Virus record (IMG/VR): IMGVR_UViG_3300045988_073455
Direction: 5' to 3' (one strand)
Length of the DNA stretch: 64,000 nt
Source of the DNA: a virus
Part shown: positions 1 through 8,924 of the stretch, one piece after another
How the letters are laid out: each line of letters begins with the position of its first letter
How positions within the stretch are numbered: the first letter of the stretch is position 1
The notes under the pieces: model-generated
The model's database searches: none
Told to the model about the DNA's origin: nothing
Seen by the model: only the letters and a program-made list of their open reading frames with translations
Program-made: the position numbers and the translations under genes

Positions 1-95
1 TTTCGGATAAAAAATATTCAGACCTCAATAAGTATTGTTTGGGTTCCACCTGCGTAAGCAGCTAAACAAGAAAGTTGAGGTTTTATTGTACAACT

Positions 96-773
96 ATGGC
101 AGATTGGATAAGACTTCCTCGCAGCATGTTTGATTGGGATTGGTTCGATAAACCCGAAATGCTTTCCCTCTTTCTATACTTGCTCAACAATGCAAAAGAG
201 AAAGAAGTAAAGCATGATGGGATAGTCGAGCATAGAGGACAGTTTTTGACTAGTCTTGGAAAACTCAGCACTACTATAGGTGCAGGAAAACAAGTAGTTA
301 GAACCTGTTTGTCAAAGCTAATAAAAATGCAGCTAATAGAAGTGAATACGGAAAGATTATATTCCATCATCACTATCTGCAATTATGATGACTATTTTGA
401 AGCCGAGGTCAATAAGCCTAAAAATGAGCTAAAGAATGAAGATACTAAACCAGTAGAAGCACCTAAGGAAGATAAGCCTAAGAAAACGAAAGAGGAGATT
501 GCAGCAGCAACCGAAAAGCGAAAGAAAAAATTCGGTCAAGATTTAGTTCCTTATGTTGCAACTTATGGCAAGGATATGATCAGAAAGTTCTATGACTATT
601 GGTCAGAAACGAATAAGTCCAAAACTAGGATGAGGTGTGAGACTGAGAAAACATGGGATTTAAATCTAAGGCTACAAAATTGGGCAAGACGAAATAAAGA
701 CTTCGGAACAAAGCAATCTGGTACGGCTCTACATAATTCGGAAAACAAAGATTATAACGAAGGAGGATGGTAA
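96..773 (+). CDS. putative phage replication initiator / replisome organizer
   Basis: ORF 75..773 with first ATG at 96 (MADWIRLPRSMFDWDWF...). The N-terminal region looks like the DNA-binding part of phage replication proteins, followed by a K/E-rich linker. It abuts a DnaC-like loader. Confidence 0.5.
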   Translation: MADWIRLPRSMFDWDWFDKPEMLSLFLYLLNNAKEKEVKHDGIVEHRGQFLTSLGKLSTTIGAGKQVVRTCLSKLIKMQLIEVNTERLYSIITICNYDDYFEAEVNKPKNELKNEDTKPVEAPKEDKPKKTKEEIAAATEKRKKKFGQDLVPYVATYGKDMIRKFYDYWSETNKSKTRMRCETEKTWDLNLRLQNWARRNKDFGTKQSGTALHNSENKDYNEGGW

Positions 774-775
774 TT

Positions 776-1381
776 ATGAATGTAGATTTCAATCAAATTA
801 TTCAAAGGTTCGAAAGAGGAGAAGACTTGTTTCTCGCTGACAAGGTGAGAATAAGGATTCCTAATGCAGAACAAAGGCTACGAGGGGGTCTAGACTATTT
901 CGTTAAAAGATACACCTTTGGCAAGGAATCTCATGCAAAATGGATGGAGAAGAATTATCGCCCTATTGTTGATTGGATGTCTGACAACGAAGGAAGGGGA
1001 CTTCTTATTACAGGTGGGTGCGGTCTCGGAAAGACTCTAATAGCAAAGCATATTTTACCGCTCTTACTCCAAGACTCTTGCAGAAAACTCGTCAATATCT
1101 TTACAGCCCAGGAGTTGAATACAAAGATTGACGAGATTTTAAAACTTCACATCATCTGTATTGATGATGTTGGTACAGAAGAGCTTGCGAAGATTTTTGG
1201 CAATGTTAGATGCGCATTCTCTGAGTTATGTGATGCAGCAGAGCAAAAGGGAAAGCTTCTCATCATTACCACCAACTTAACTGCAAACGAACTCGAAGCA
1301 AAATATGGAGAACGAACTATAGATAGGTTAAAAGCCATCACTAAGTTTGTTCCTTTCACAGGTAAATCATTAAGAAAGTAG
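776..1381 (+). CDS. DnaC/IstB-like AAA+ helicase loader
   Basis: Walker A GGCGLGKT, Walker B ICIDDVG, and LIITTNL. The ATG at 776 lies about 10 nt after GGAGG. An alternative ATG at 767 overlaps the upstream stop. Confidence 0.8.
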   Translation: MNVDFNQIIQRFERGEDLFLADKVRIRIPNAEQRLRGGLDYFVKRYTFGKESHAKWMEKNYRPIVDWMSDNEGRGLLITGGCGLGKTLIAKHILPLLLQDSCRKLVNIFTAQELNTKIDEILKLHIICIDDVGTEELAKIFGNVRCAFSELCDAAEQKGKLLIITTNLTANELEAKYGERTIDRLKAITKFVPFTGKSLRK

Positions 1382-1383
1382 AT

Positions 1384-1521
1384 ATGGAAATTAAAGAAGA
1401 CAAAGATTTCTTGTTTGCTACAAAGCAAGCTAGATTAGCAACCTTCCTTGAAAATGATGAGGAAAGAAGAATGTTTAGAAACGCCATTTACAACGCTATT
1501 AAGTGGGGTAAAAGACACTAG
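1384..1521 (+). CDS. hypothetical small protein (45 aa)
   Basis: Hand-translated ORF MEIKEDKDFLF...KWGKRH. It fills the gap directly after the loader gene and is below the ORF-track cutoff. Confidence 0.35.
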   Translation: MEIKEDKDFLFATKQARLATFLENDEERRMFRNAIYNAIKWGKRH

Positions 1522-1547
1522 TATATAAATCTATAAACAAAAGAGCA

Positions 1548-1868
1548 ATGAAGATGTTACAAGACGTTACAGATTGGTTCAAGGCTGAAATTCTTGGCGA
1601 CCAATCATTACAACAGGAAAGAAAGAAACAGAAATCACAGAAAGATTTCGAGAAGCGTATTAATGAAGCAGCTCATCATGTCTGCCTATCCGATCGTCCT
1701 AATGATGATGGGTCTCCATATCCTGTTATCTGCATGGATGGCACCGTTATCTACAAAATCTGCGAGAATCCTCGAATCGAGAAAGGAGAAATCAGCCTTG
1801 AAGATGTAGGGGAAGTTTTGGTAAGACAACGCATTCATTATGCCGAAAACAAGCTGAATTACAGATAG
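1548..1868 (+). CDS. hypothetical protein
   Basis: 106-aa ORF. Its ATG is embedded in AAGAGCAATGAA (start-context motif I). Confidence 0.55.
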   Translation: MKMLQDVTDWFKAEILGDQSLQQERKKQKSQKDFEKRINEAAHHVCLSDRPNDDGSPYPVICMDGTVIYKICENPRIEKGEISLEDVGEVLVRQRIHYAENKLNYR

Positions 1869-1923
1869 TTATGCGGTTTAAAAGTTAAATAAAGTTGCTA
1901 AAAAGCGATTAAAGAAAGTAACG

Positions 1924-1955
1924 TTTGGTCAATCCAAAATTTCTTTGTATCTTTG
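1924..1955 (+). promoter_or_regulatory. class I promoter copy 1 (TTTGGTCA -33 / TATCTTTG -7)
   Basis: TTTG at 1924..1927 and TAtcTTTG at 1948..1955, with a 20-nt spacer. An upstream AAGTTAAAtaAAGTTGC element and a conserved leader ending in TAAGAGCAATG are present. Confidence 0.6.
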
Positions 1956-2005
1956 CATCAGTTAATTAAACAACAAATAAGTTTAACAATTAAATGATAA
2001 GAGCA

Positions 2006-2251
2006 ATGAAAAAGGTAAAGTACGTTATTAAGGCAACAAAGTTCAAAGATAACACATACGAAGATGTTGTTTTTGAAAATCAGCCACTCAGTCAAAAACA
2101 AGAAACATTCAGTGACGTAAAGCACATCTTAGATTTGGATTTCGAGAATGCTTTAGACGAAGGCAAGAAAGTTCAGTATGACGGAGTAGAGCTTGATATC
2201 TTCAATGAAGATGGTACAATTCTTAAAGAATGGATTCAAGACGTAGCATAA
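2006..2251 (+). CDS. hypothetical protein
   Basis: Track ORF 1994..2251. The motif I ATG at 2006 (gaTAAGAGCAATGaaa) is the likely start. Confidence 0.55.
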   Translation: MKKVKYVIKATKFKDNTYEDVVFENQPLSQKQETFSDVKHILDLDFENALDEGKKVQYDGVELDIFNEDGTILKEWIQDVA

Positions 2252-2294
2252 AGGTAATGGGGTGACTAACAATCACTCCACAATATATAGAGCA

Positions 2295-2459
2295 ATGAAA
2301 TACGAAGAAACGTTTAAATCCGAAGTAGCTTCAATTGAAGCTATGCTTTACAAAGCAAAACAACGTAGAAAAGAATATGGTGCATTGAATGCCATCATAT
2401 TCATGAAAGGATGGCTTAAAGTTGTCTACGAAGAACTGAACGATTTCACATTGACTTAA
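2295..2459 (+). CDS. hypothetical small protein, paralog of 17891..18052
   Basis: Motif I ATG at 2295. The protein starts MKYEETFKSEV...FMKGWLKVV and aligns with the product of 17891..18052 (MKYEETFKQQM...YMRGWLKGI). Confidence 0.55.
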   Translation: MKYEETFKSEVASIEAMLYKAKQRRKEYGALNAIIFMKGWLKVVYEELNDFTLT

Positions 2460-2467
2460 CAAAAGAT

Positions 2468-2587
2468 ATGAAACACGTATGTAGTAATTGCATATCTTCC
2501 GATATATGCTATTGTGAAGGCAAGAAGCCTAATGACACTTGCCATCAATGGGAATGGAGATATACAGGTTTATGGTTTGATAATTAA
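2468..2587 (+). CDS. hypothetical Cys-rich mini-protein (39 aa)
   Basis: Hand-translated MKHVCSNCISSDICYCEGKKPNDTCHQWEWRYTGLWFDN. It fills an intergenic gap. Confidence 0.3.
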   Translation: MKHVCSNCISSDICYCEGKKPNDTCHQWEWRYTGLWFDN

Positions 2588-2598
2588 AAAGTAAGACA

Positions 2599-2892
2599 AT
2601 GGGGAAAGAAAAAGTTACAGTAAACGATTTGAAGGTTACACTCTCAGAGCTTGGTGTAACATCTGGCTTGAAGCAGGAAAAGATTATTCAACGCCTGCAG
2701 GTCAATGGCTGTTTGATTGCAATGGTAACAGATGTATTGGATCAGCTCATCAAGGATGAACAGGGCATGTTTAGGCTGTTAAGCGTTCGCTACAAGCAAG
2801 AGCAGAAGATGCACTACACCCAGATGCAGGATGCAGCCAAAAAGTACTACTTCCATTTGAAACCCTTTAATAAGAGTTTCTTCGGTGACTAG
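2599..2892 (+). CDS. hypothetical protein (in-frame TAG followed by a 48-codon open extension)
   Basis: 97-aa ORF. See the finding on 2890..3039. Confidence 0.55.
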   Translation: MGKEKVTVNDLKVTLSELGVTSGLKQEKIIQRLQVNGCLIAMVTDVLDQLIKDEQGMFRLLSVRYKQEQKMHYTQMQDAAKKYYFHLKPFNKSFFGD

Positions 2893-3043
2893 AATATTTG
2901 CGCCAACCTGGAGGATAACGCAAATGACATCTATGAAATCATCAAGCTTCTTGCGGACCACACTAACGACCACAAGGATATGGAAGTGATTAAGAGAAAC
3001 CTCAGAAAGAGAAAGTTGAACCATCATATTTTCGATTAAGATT

Positions 3044-3283
3044 ATGTCAGTATATAAAGCAAACGTAGATTTATCAGACTTATTTCACGATATGTCTTAC
3101 AATTATCAGAAAAGCTTCCTTGTTGAAGAGTTCTGTTCTTTACCTATAGAACATCAGGTAAAAGTTGTTGGCGAAATGCTGGAGAACCTTAATGGCGATC
3201 AGACAGCCAAAGTTATAGAAGACGCTTTTGATAACTTGCATGAGCAAGGTCAAGAGCATGTAATCAACTATGTAAACGGATAA
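3044..3283 (+). CDS. hypothetical protein
   Basis: 79-aa acidic ORF. Confidence 0.5.
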   Translation: MSVYKANVDLSDLFHDMSYNYQKSFLVEEFCSLPIEHQVKVVGEMLENLNGDQTAKVIEDAFDNLHEQGQEHVINYVNG

Positions 3284-3287
3284 AGAT

Positions 3288-3488
3288 ATGATGTTTGGAG
3301 AAATGATTACTCGCAGATGTCTGCTTACTTTTGATGGGGGGGCAAAGATTCAAGCCATCCTCACTATGCCGAAGCCGACAAAACCCATCTTTCCAAAGGA
3401 AATGGAACGTCAGTTCATTAATAGTTTTAATGAATCTCAGCCAAATGCGGTTCACAAGGTTATTAAGTGTCACATAATGAGAAATTAA
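3288..3488 (+). CDS. hypothetical protein
   Basis: 66-aa ORF, tightly packed between its neighbours. Confidence 0.4.
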   Translation: MMFGEMITRRCLLTFDGGAKIQAILTMPKPTKPIFPKEMERQFINSFNESQPNAVHKVIKCHIMRN

Positions 3489-3492
3489 TGAT

Positions 3493-4473
3493 ATGGAAAA
3501 GAATATTAATTTAGCGAAAATCTTAAATGGTAAACCAGTAAATACGAAGTTGTGGTCTCCCTTATTTGGAGATGTATATACTTCAAGCATATGCAGCGAA
3601 GATACTATAATAGTAGTAAATCACCATGCTGAATCAGCTTCTTTCTATAATAATGGCAAGTACTTTGATCATGCAGAAGCAGAACCTCTATTGTTCCCAT
3701 CTAAAGAAATGCGAGATTGGGGTAAGTTCGCCTGGAAGAAGGGCGATTTGCTTATCAATAGTTGTGGATTTCAGTGCATTTTCAAAGAATGGGCATCTGG
3801 CGATTATACAAAGTTCAACGGATGCTATTCTAATAGCAGGGATGGTTACGAAGACGTAACAAATGCAGAAACAGCTAAGTTTGACAAGTTAGATAACAAT
3901 ATTGCCTATGGATATGTCAGAGAGATTGAAAGAAAATTAGGAGGAATATTAAACCTCACCACTTTGGAGATTGAAAAGCAGTATGAGTTCAAGGATGGAG
4001 ATATAGCTTTTGCCGACTATGGTAATAGACAAGATGTATTTATTGTATCAGGCAAAACTGGTTTATCAGAAGGTTATAGCTCATTTATTTCTTTAGATTT
4101 AAGTAGTCTAACTTTGAGTATGGCATGCAGAACTAGTTTCTTTAAGAAAGACCTTTGTGAACTTCGCCTTGCCACAGAAGAAGAGAAAAAACAGCTCTTC
4201 TCAGCTCTCGAAAAGAAAGGTAAGGTTTGGGATAGTGAGCATAAAATGATTGTGGACTTACCTAAGAAGTGTGAGTTTAAGCCATTCGATAAGGTGTTGG
4301 GGCGAAATGAGAAATATGATGTATGGGAAGCTGAACTCTTTTCTCATTATAGAGAAAAATCACAATATCCTTTTCGTTGTATCGGATTTGGTCGTAAGTA
4401 TTGTATTCCTTACAATGAAGAGACAGCACATCTACTAGGAACGACTGATGATTGGGAAGGAGGTGAGCAATGA
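3493..4473 (+). CDS. hypothetical protein
   Basis: 326-aa ORF. Its stop overlaps the next ATG (ATGA). Confidence 0.65.
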   Translation: MEKNINLAKILNGKPVNTKLWSPLFGDVYTSSICSEDTIIVVNHHAESASFYNNGKYFDHAEAEPLLFPSKEMRDWGKFAWKKGDLLINSCGFQCIFKEWASGDYTKFNGCYSNSRDGYEDVTNAETAKFDKLDNNIAYGYVREIERKLGGILNLTTLEIEKQYEFKDGDIAFADYGNRQDVFIVSGKTGLSEGYSSFISLDLSSLTLSMACRTSFFKKDLCELRLATEEEKKQLFSALEKKGKVWDSEHKMIVDLPKKCEFKPFDKVLGRNEKYDVWEAELFSHYREKSQYPFRCIGFGRKYCIPYNEETAHLLGTTDDWEGGEQ

Positions 4474-4796
4474 AAGAATTTAAAGATTTGGTAGCTGGTG
4501 ATGATGTACTAGTTACAGGTAGGTCTTACAGACGTATCGTCAAAATTGATAAAGTGACAAAGACTCAAATTATTGTTAATAACGCTAGATTCAGAAGAGA
4601 TTCTGGCTGGCAATGCGGTAGTGATAGATGGAATGTTAGAAGAATATCTGTTCCTACAGAAAAGGAAATATCAGATGTTAAAGAAGAGAATCTTCGTAAG
4701 ACTCTCGTCTACGCTATCAGTTCTTTTGATTTCAAACGCTTATCAACAGATGAGTTAAAACAAGTGTACAATATTGTAAAAGGCAAAGAAAAATGA
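4470..4796 (+). CDS. hypothetical protein
   Basis: 108-aa ORF with GGAGG upstream. Confidence 0.55.
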   Translation: MKEFKDLVAGDDVLVTGRSYRRIVKIDKVTKTQIIVNNARFRRDSGWQCGSDRWNVRRISVPTEKEISDVKEENLRKTLVYAISSFDFKRLSTDELKQVYNIVKGKEK

Positions 4797-4954
4797 AAAA
4801 GAATAAATACTCATTAAAGATAAGTCGTAGCTTCTTTGGCGATACTACCCTTGATGGTTATCCAATAGCTACATATTCGAATGATGAATTGAAGATTCTA
4901 AAGAACCTGCTAAAACAGGTTTTGGGTGAAGTAAATGAATATATAAAAGACTAA
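4793..4954 (+). CDS. hypothetical small protein (53 aa)
   Basis: Hand-translated MKKNKYSLKISRSFFGD...NEYIKD. Its ATG overlaps the upstream TGA. Confidence 0.4.
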   Translation: MKKNKYSLKISRSFFGDTTLDGYPIATYSNDELKILKNLLKQVLGEVNEYIKD

Positions 4955-4958
4955 GCGT

Positions 4959-5138
4959 ATGAAAGAGTTTAAAGTTGGAGAAAGAGTAGTCTTGGAGATT
5001 ACTGAAACCGAGGAAGAAACTTGCTATGGTTGTTTCTTTTTTGGCAATAGTGCTTGTGAAGTTTGGAGGAAATACCCATGCGATTCTAAACTACGTAAGG
5101 ATAATAAGAATGTAATCTTTGAAGAGGTTAAGGAGTAA
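4959..5138 (+). CDS. hypothetical small protein (59 aa)
   Basis: Start lies in TAAGCGTATGAA (start-context motif II). Sequence MKEFKVGERVV... Confidence 0.4.
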   Translation: MKEFKVGERVVLEITETEEETCYGCFFFGNSACEVWRKYPCDSKLRKDNKNVIFEEVKE

Positions 5139-5143
5139 AGCGT

Positions 5144-5317
5144 ATGAAACAGAAGTTGAAAATGATATGGCGAATCCTCCGTGACAGACAGGTTGTAGTA
5201 ATAACCGAAAGTTACGGAAGACTATATTGTAATTGGGATGCAAGAAGTCTTGAAGATGTTTGCCAAATGTGTTGTGAGACATTTGATAAAGCTAAAGAAA
5301 TGTTGGATAAAAAGTAA
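5144..5317 (+). CDS. hypothetical small protein (57 aa)
   Basis: Start lies in TAAAGCGTATGAA (motif II). Sequence MKQKLKMIWRIL... Confidence 0.4.
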   Translation: MKQKLKMIWRILRDRQVVVITESYGRLYCNWDARSLEDVCQMCCETFDKAKEMLDKK

Positions 5318-5323
5318 AGAGAT

Positions 5324-5866
5324 ATGTTGTACGAAGCAAAAAAGGGAAGTAAGGCTTACGAATACATTAAAGGTATTCTCGAAGCTGAAGAAAAAGAGCG
5401 TCAAGCCTACACGAAAAGAGTGGAAGAAGCCGTAGGCTTCGAGTTTGAAAAATATCAGGGCTATCAGCCTAACAGAACTCTCTCAAGAGAGTACGAGGTT
5501 ACTGCTATATGGGTTCTTTCTGAGCGTTACGATACGCTAGATAAGAAGGTGTGGAAGAAGATAGACGGTGTAAAATTGGAGGACGGTTACTATGTATGCA
5601 TTGCGCCTAACAAGCGTAGTAAGCAAGGTAAGGCAATAGCAGCAGTACTTACATCATATAAATCCTTTACTCATCATTTCAAGATATTGAAGGAACTGAA
5701 TATCGAAGTTCCGCACGTCAGCCGATTCTCCATCACCCAGCTTTTACGTCACAAAGAACGCATTTTCGTTTACTTCGATGATAGTATTAGAGCTGAGAAG
5801 CAAAATCCAGACTTCGTGGAAATCACGATAGGTGAGTATGAGGATTTCATTAATGGTAAAGACTAA
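5324..5866 (+). CDS. hypothetical protein
   Basis: 180-aa ORF. Confidence 0.6.
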   Translation: MLYEAKKGSKAYEYIKGILEAEEKERQAYTKRVEEAVGFEFEKYQGYQPNRTLSREYEVTAIWVLSERYDTLDKKVWKKIDGVKLEDGYYVCIAPNKRSKQGKAIAAVLTSYKSFTHHFKILKELNIEVPHVSRFSITQLLRHKERIFVYFDDSIRAEKQNPDFVEITIGEYEDFINGKD

Positions 5867-5870
5867 GCGT

Positions 5871-6281
5871 ATGGATAAGTTAGAATATATTCCAGGAGAT
5901 TTTGTGACAATAGAAACAGAATCAACGAAACCAAGAGTAGTAAAAGTTTCAGATGTTGATAAGAATAGTGTTATCTATTGTGAAGGTTGGGGAAATGTCG
6001 GTTACTATGACGAGATAAAACCTATTCCTTTAACAAAGGATATACTTCTTAGAAACGGATGGAAAGTTAGCAGAGATTCGTTGTTGCTAAAAATTGATGA
6101 TAATGTTACATTGGGGGTTGTCTTTGCATTTGAACATAAAGTTTGTTATATCAGAGCAACGAATGACATTATTCACAAAGAGCAAAATTTTACTAGGTTG
6201 AAGCTTTCTGATGTTGATTTTGTTTCTGATTTACAGCACATTCTTTTCGGCTTGAACATTAATCACGAAATGGAGGTGTAG
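5871..6281 (+). CDS. hypothetical protein
   Basis: Track ORF 5832..6281. The motif II ATG at 5871 (cTAAGCGTATGga) is the likely start. Confidence 0.55.
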   Translation: MDKLEYIPGDFVTIETESTKPRVVKVSDVDKNSVIYCEGWGNVGYYDEIKPIPLTKDILLRNGWKVSRDSLLLKIDDNVTLGVVFAFEHKVCYIRATNDIIHKEQNFTRLKLSDVDFVSDLQHILFGLNINHEMEV

Positions 6282-6283
6282 GT

Positions 6284-6478
6284 ATGAAAAGAATAATAGC
6301 AATTATAAAGTTTCCTATATACGCAATGGTTGTATTATTGTTTATTCTATCAATACTGACAGCAAAAGGTATATTGTGTATCGTAAGATTAAAGCCTTCT
6401 GATTTCGATAATCTTCCTAAGTTCTTGCAAGACAAAGCAAGGAAGCTGTCAAATGTGGTTGAAAATTTAATGAATTGA
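6284..6478 (+). CDS. small membrane protein
   Basis: 64 aa with a hydrophobic segment FPIYAMVVLLFILSILTA. Confidence 0.45.
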   Translation: MKRIIAIIKFPIYAMVVLLFILSILTAKGILCIVRLKPSDFDNLPKFLQDKARKLSNVVENLMN

Positions 6479-6512
6479 TTGTTTAACGCCTTCTGGCATA
6501 AATAGTAGTAAT

Positions 6513-6668
6513 ATGACATCAGAACAAGTAGCAAAAGTATTGAGTTCTCTAGGTAAACGAAAGGTATGCTTTCAGCATGGAGACAAAGTAGAGATAGTTA
6601 AGGGAATCAACGTAACAAATGATAACGTGATTCTGATTAGTGAACTTCCTTCGAGCACAAATAGTTAG
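6513..6668 (+). CDS. hypothetical small protein (51 aa)
   Basis: Hand-translated MTSEQVAKVLSSLGKRK... Confidence 0.35.
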   Translation: MTSEQVAKVLSSLGKRKVCFQHGDKVEIVKGINVTNDNVILISELPSSTNS

Positions 6669-6671
6669 AAT

Positions 6672-6815
6672 ATGAAACATATTAAGTTTACAATAGATAT
6701 AACATTGTCTCCTGATAAAGAGTTCCTTACGAAGGAAGACTTTGTGGAGGCAGTATATACATGTTATGGAAACATTAGAGATGTTGCTCCTGATACAATA
6801 ATAAAGATTGATTAA
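6672..6815 (+). CDS. hypothetical small protein (47 aa)
   Basis: Hand-translated MKHIKFTIDITLSPDKE... Confidence 0.35.
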   Translation: MKHIKFTIDITLSPDKEFLTKEDFVEAVYTCYGNIRDVAPDTIIKID

Positions 6816-6845
6816 CCATCCGCAAGGATATAAATAGATAGTAAT

Positions 6846-7061
6846 ATGAATACAGAAAAATTAGAAAGAGCAAATATCTTAGCAAAGAGTTTAATTCCTA
6901 AAGTAAATGAACTCTTAAATATATCTCCAAAATCAATGCGTAGTAGTCTTGCTGATGCTATTTGTTGGCTTTCAGAGTGTGATGAAGAGTTTAAAACAAA
7001 ATTCAAGCAGCTTCTGAATGAAACAAAACAGAGATTTCAGAAAGAGTTTGATGATTTGTAA
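6846..7061 (+). CDS. hypothetical protein
   Basis: 71-aa helical-looking ORF. Confidence 0.45.
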   Translation: MNTEKLERANILAKSLIPKVNELLNISPKSMRSSLADAICWLSECDEEFKTKFKQLLNETKQRFQKEFDDL

Positions 7062-7309
7062 CTAACCACCCTCTCCTTGGTGAAATTAAGATAATAACGA
7101 AAAAGCCGTGCTCGAATTAGATTGGTTGGCATTAGGTGTAGCCGTAAAATATCAATTACCGCTTGACAATTCACCTCAGAGCACTCTTATGTGGAAAAGG
7201 CATCAAGCATTTAGTACACATCGAAGAACGTTAATGAGTGAAAGGCTCATAAAGACTCCAATCCGTTATTATTTTGATAACATCATGGAGAGGGTAAAAA
7301 GATTAGAAT

Positions 7310-7633
7310 ATGGCAGAGATTATTTATTTTGGAACGAATGGATGTTCCTGTTATTGTCCTATCGGCATCGACAAAGTGCTGACCTCGGCAGAATATGGAA
7401 TGTGGTGCGAATGCGATAATGAAACTTGGATAAATAATATCCGAAAGAATCCTGGTCGCCATCTCATCAAGCATCACGGAGAGGTTTATACTAATTATGG
7501 TGTTCCGTTCTCTGTAGATGTTGACAGAGGTGGTAGTCATACCGAACTATTTTGGAAAGGCATTCATTCGGAAGAAGAAATTGTCAACTTGATAAAGAAT
7601 AATCAGTTTTTGGCAAGGCAATTTAAAAAGTAG
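7310..7633 (+). CDS. hypothetical Cys-rich protein
   Basis: 107 aa (GTNGCSCYCP...WCECDNE). Preferred over the overlapping GTG-start ORF 7108..7419. Confidence 0.5.
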   Translation: MAEIIYFGTNGCSCYCPIGIDKVLTSAEYGMWCECDNETWINNIRKNPGRHLIKHHGEVYTNYGVPFSVDVDRGGSHTELFWKGIHSEEEIVNLIKNNQFLARQFKK

Positions 7634-7937
7634 GAGGAATAGTCATAAGTGATAGTTATATATATTATGGAAGTGATGGCTCGTATCATATAATACGCCC
7701 GATAGGAGAAGGATTTGATATAGAGACAGCTTTCTTAATAGCCTTGGTGATTGTTGCTATATACGTCATGTTTCATTATTCCCCAAAGGAAGTTTGGAAT
7801 AAAATAAAGTCGTATTTTAAAGAATTATAGTTATGGTTGGATTTTATGTTATTCTTACCATAGCTATTCTATATATAGCTTTTGTGGGCGGAGTTATCGG
7901 TTATTTAATTGGTAAATATTGGAAAAAGAAATAGCGT

Positions 7938-8303
7938 ATGAATATAAAAGACATCAAGTTCAAGGGTAAACGTCTTGACAATAACACTTGGGTAGAAGGT
8001 TACTTCTATGCTGAATGTGGTAACACTTACATCATCGAGGATAGGCAGAGTGAATCAATGCTTAATAGAAACGAGGCACATCGGGTTAACCCTTCAACAG
8101 TCTGTATGTTCACAGGACTGACAGACAAGAATGGAACACCTATCTATGAGGGGGATATAGTTATGTACAAAGATAACAATGCGGAAAGAAGAGGTGATAT
8201 TAATTGGGATAGTAAATCTACTGCTTTCTGCTTTGGGCAAGATTTCTTAGTTCACTACCCTTCTGAAGATATGGTAGTTGTCGGCAACAAATTCGATAAG
8301 TAG
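7938..8303 (+). CDS. YopX-like protein
   Basis: KGKRLDNNTWVEGYF...VCMFTGLTDKNGTPIYEGDIV matches the YopX signature as I recall it. Start is in motif II. Confidence 0.6.
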   Translation: MNIKDIKFKGKRLDNNTWVEGYFYAECGNTYIIEDRQSESMLNRNEAHRVNPSTVCMFTGLTDKNGTPIYEGDIVMYKDNNAERRGDINWDSKSTAFCFGQDFLVHYPSEDMVVVGNKFDK

Positions 8304-8306
8304 CGT

Positions 8307-8540
8307 ATGAAGAATAAGATATTAGACTTTATCAAATCAGCCGTTTGGCTCTTTTTGATTTTCATAATAGGGGTATTTGGTTTTAGGGTTTCTTTCAGCT
8401 TAGGAACTCCACACAAAAAAGAAGAGTTTAATATAAAAATATTCACCAAGAAAGGACATGAATACCTGTTTGTGGGCAAGGAACATGGAGCTTGCGTTAT
8501 TATTCACGCTAGTAGTTGTCCTTGTAATAAAAAGAAGTAG
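8307..8540 (+). CDS. small membrane protein
   Basis: 77 aa with TM segment AVWLFLIFIIGVFGF. Start is in motif II. Confidence 0.45.
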   Translation: MKNKILDFIKSAVWLFLIFIIGVFGFRVSFSLGTPHKKEEFNIKIFTKKGHEYLFVGKEHGACVIIHASSCPCNKKK

Positions 8541-8543
8541 CTT

Positions 8544-8915
8544 ATGAAAGTAAAGAATTTACCAAAGAAGATTTACCTCAACATCTGTAGCAACGAAGAT
8601 GTGGTAGATTACAATAAGCTGAACGGAGTAACGTTCAGCTCAGAAAAGGTTGGTGTTACCGATTGTGATACGGAAAACGTTCCTTACGTGAATGCTGCAT
8701 CATTATGGCGCGACCTAAAAGAAGATAAGCCACCATTAAGAAAGTGGGTGATGTTCCGATATAGTGGAGGTGGCGTAAATCCTACGGCTCTTCACTACGG
8801 AGCAATGAGTGATGATGTATGGATTGTCACAAGAGGAGACGGAACACAGCGTATTGAAGTTCTGTACGAGTGCTACGATAAAATAGAGTGGCTTGATTTT
8901 GATGAACTAAAATAG
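8544..8915 (+). CDS. hypothetical protein (possibly DUF551-like)
   Basis: 123 aa. The pattern W..L.EDKPP...WVMF resembles DUF551 phage proteins. This is weak. Confidence 0.45.
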   Translation: MKVKNLPKKIYLNICSNEDVVDYNKLNGVTFSSEKVGVTDCDTENVPYVNAASLWRDLKEDKPPLRKWVMFRYSGGGVNPTALHYGAMSDDVWIVTRGDGTQRIEVLYECYDKIEWLDFDELK

Positions 8916-8924
8916 TAATAGCGT

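Noticed and set aside
7108-7419. 103-aa GTG-start ORF
   Set aside because: Its second half overlaps gene 7310..7633 out of frame and is W/R-rich nonsense-like. There is no start context. The region is treated as non-coding or uncertain.
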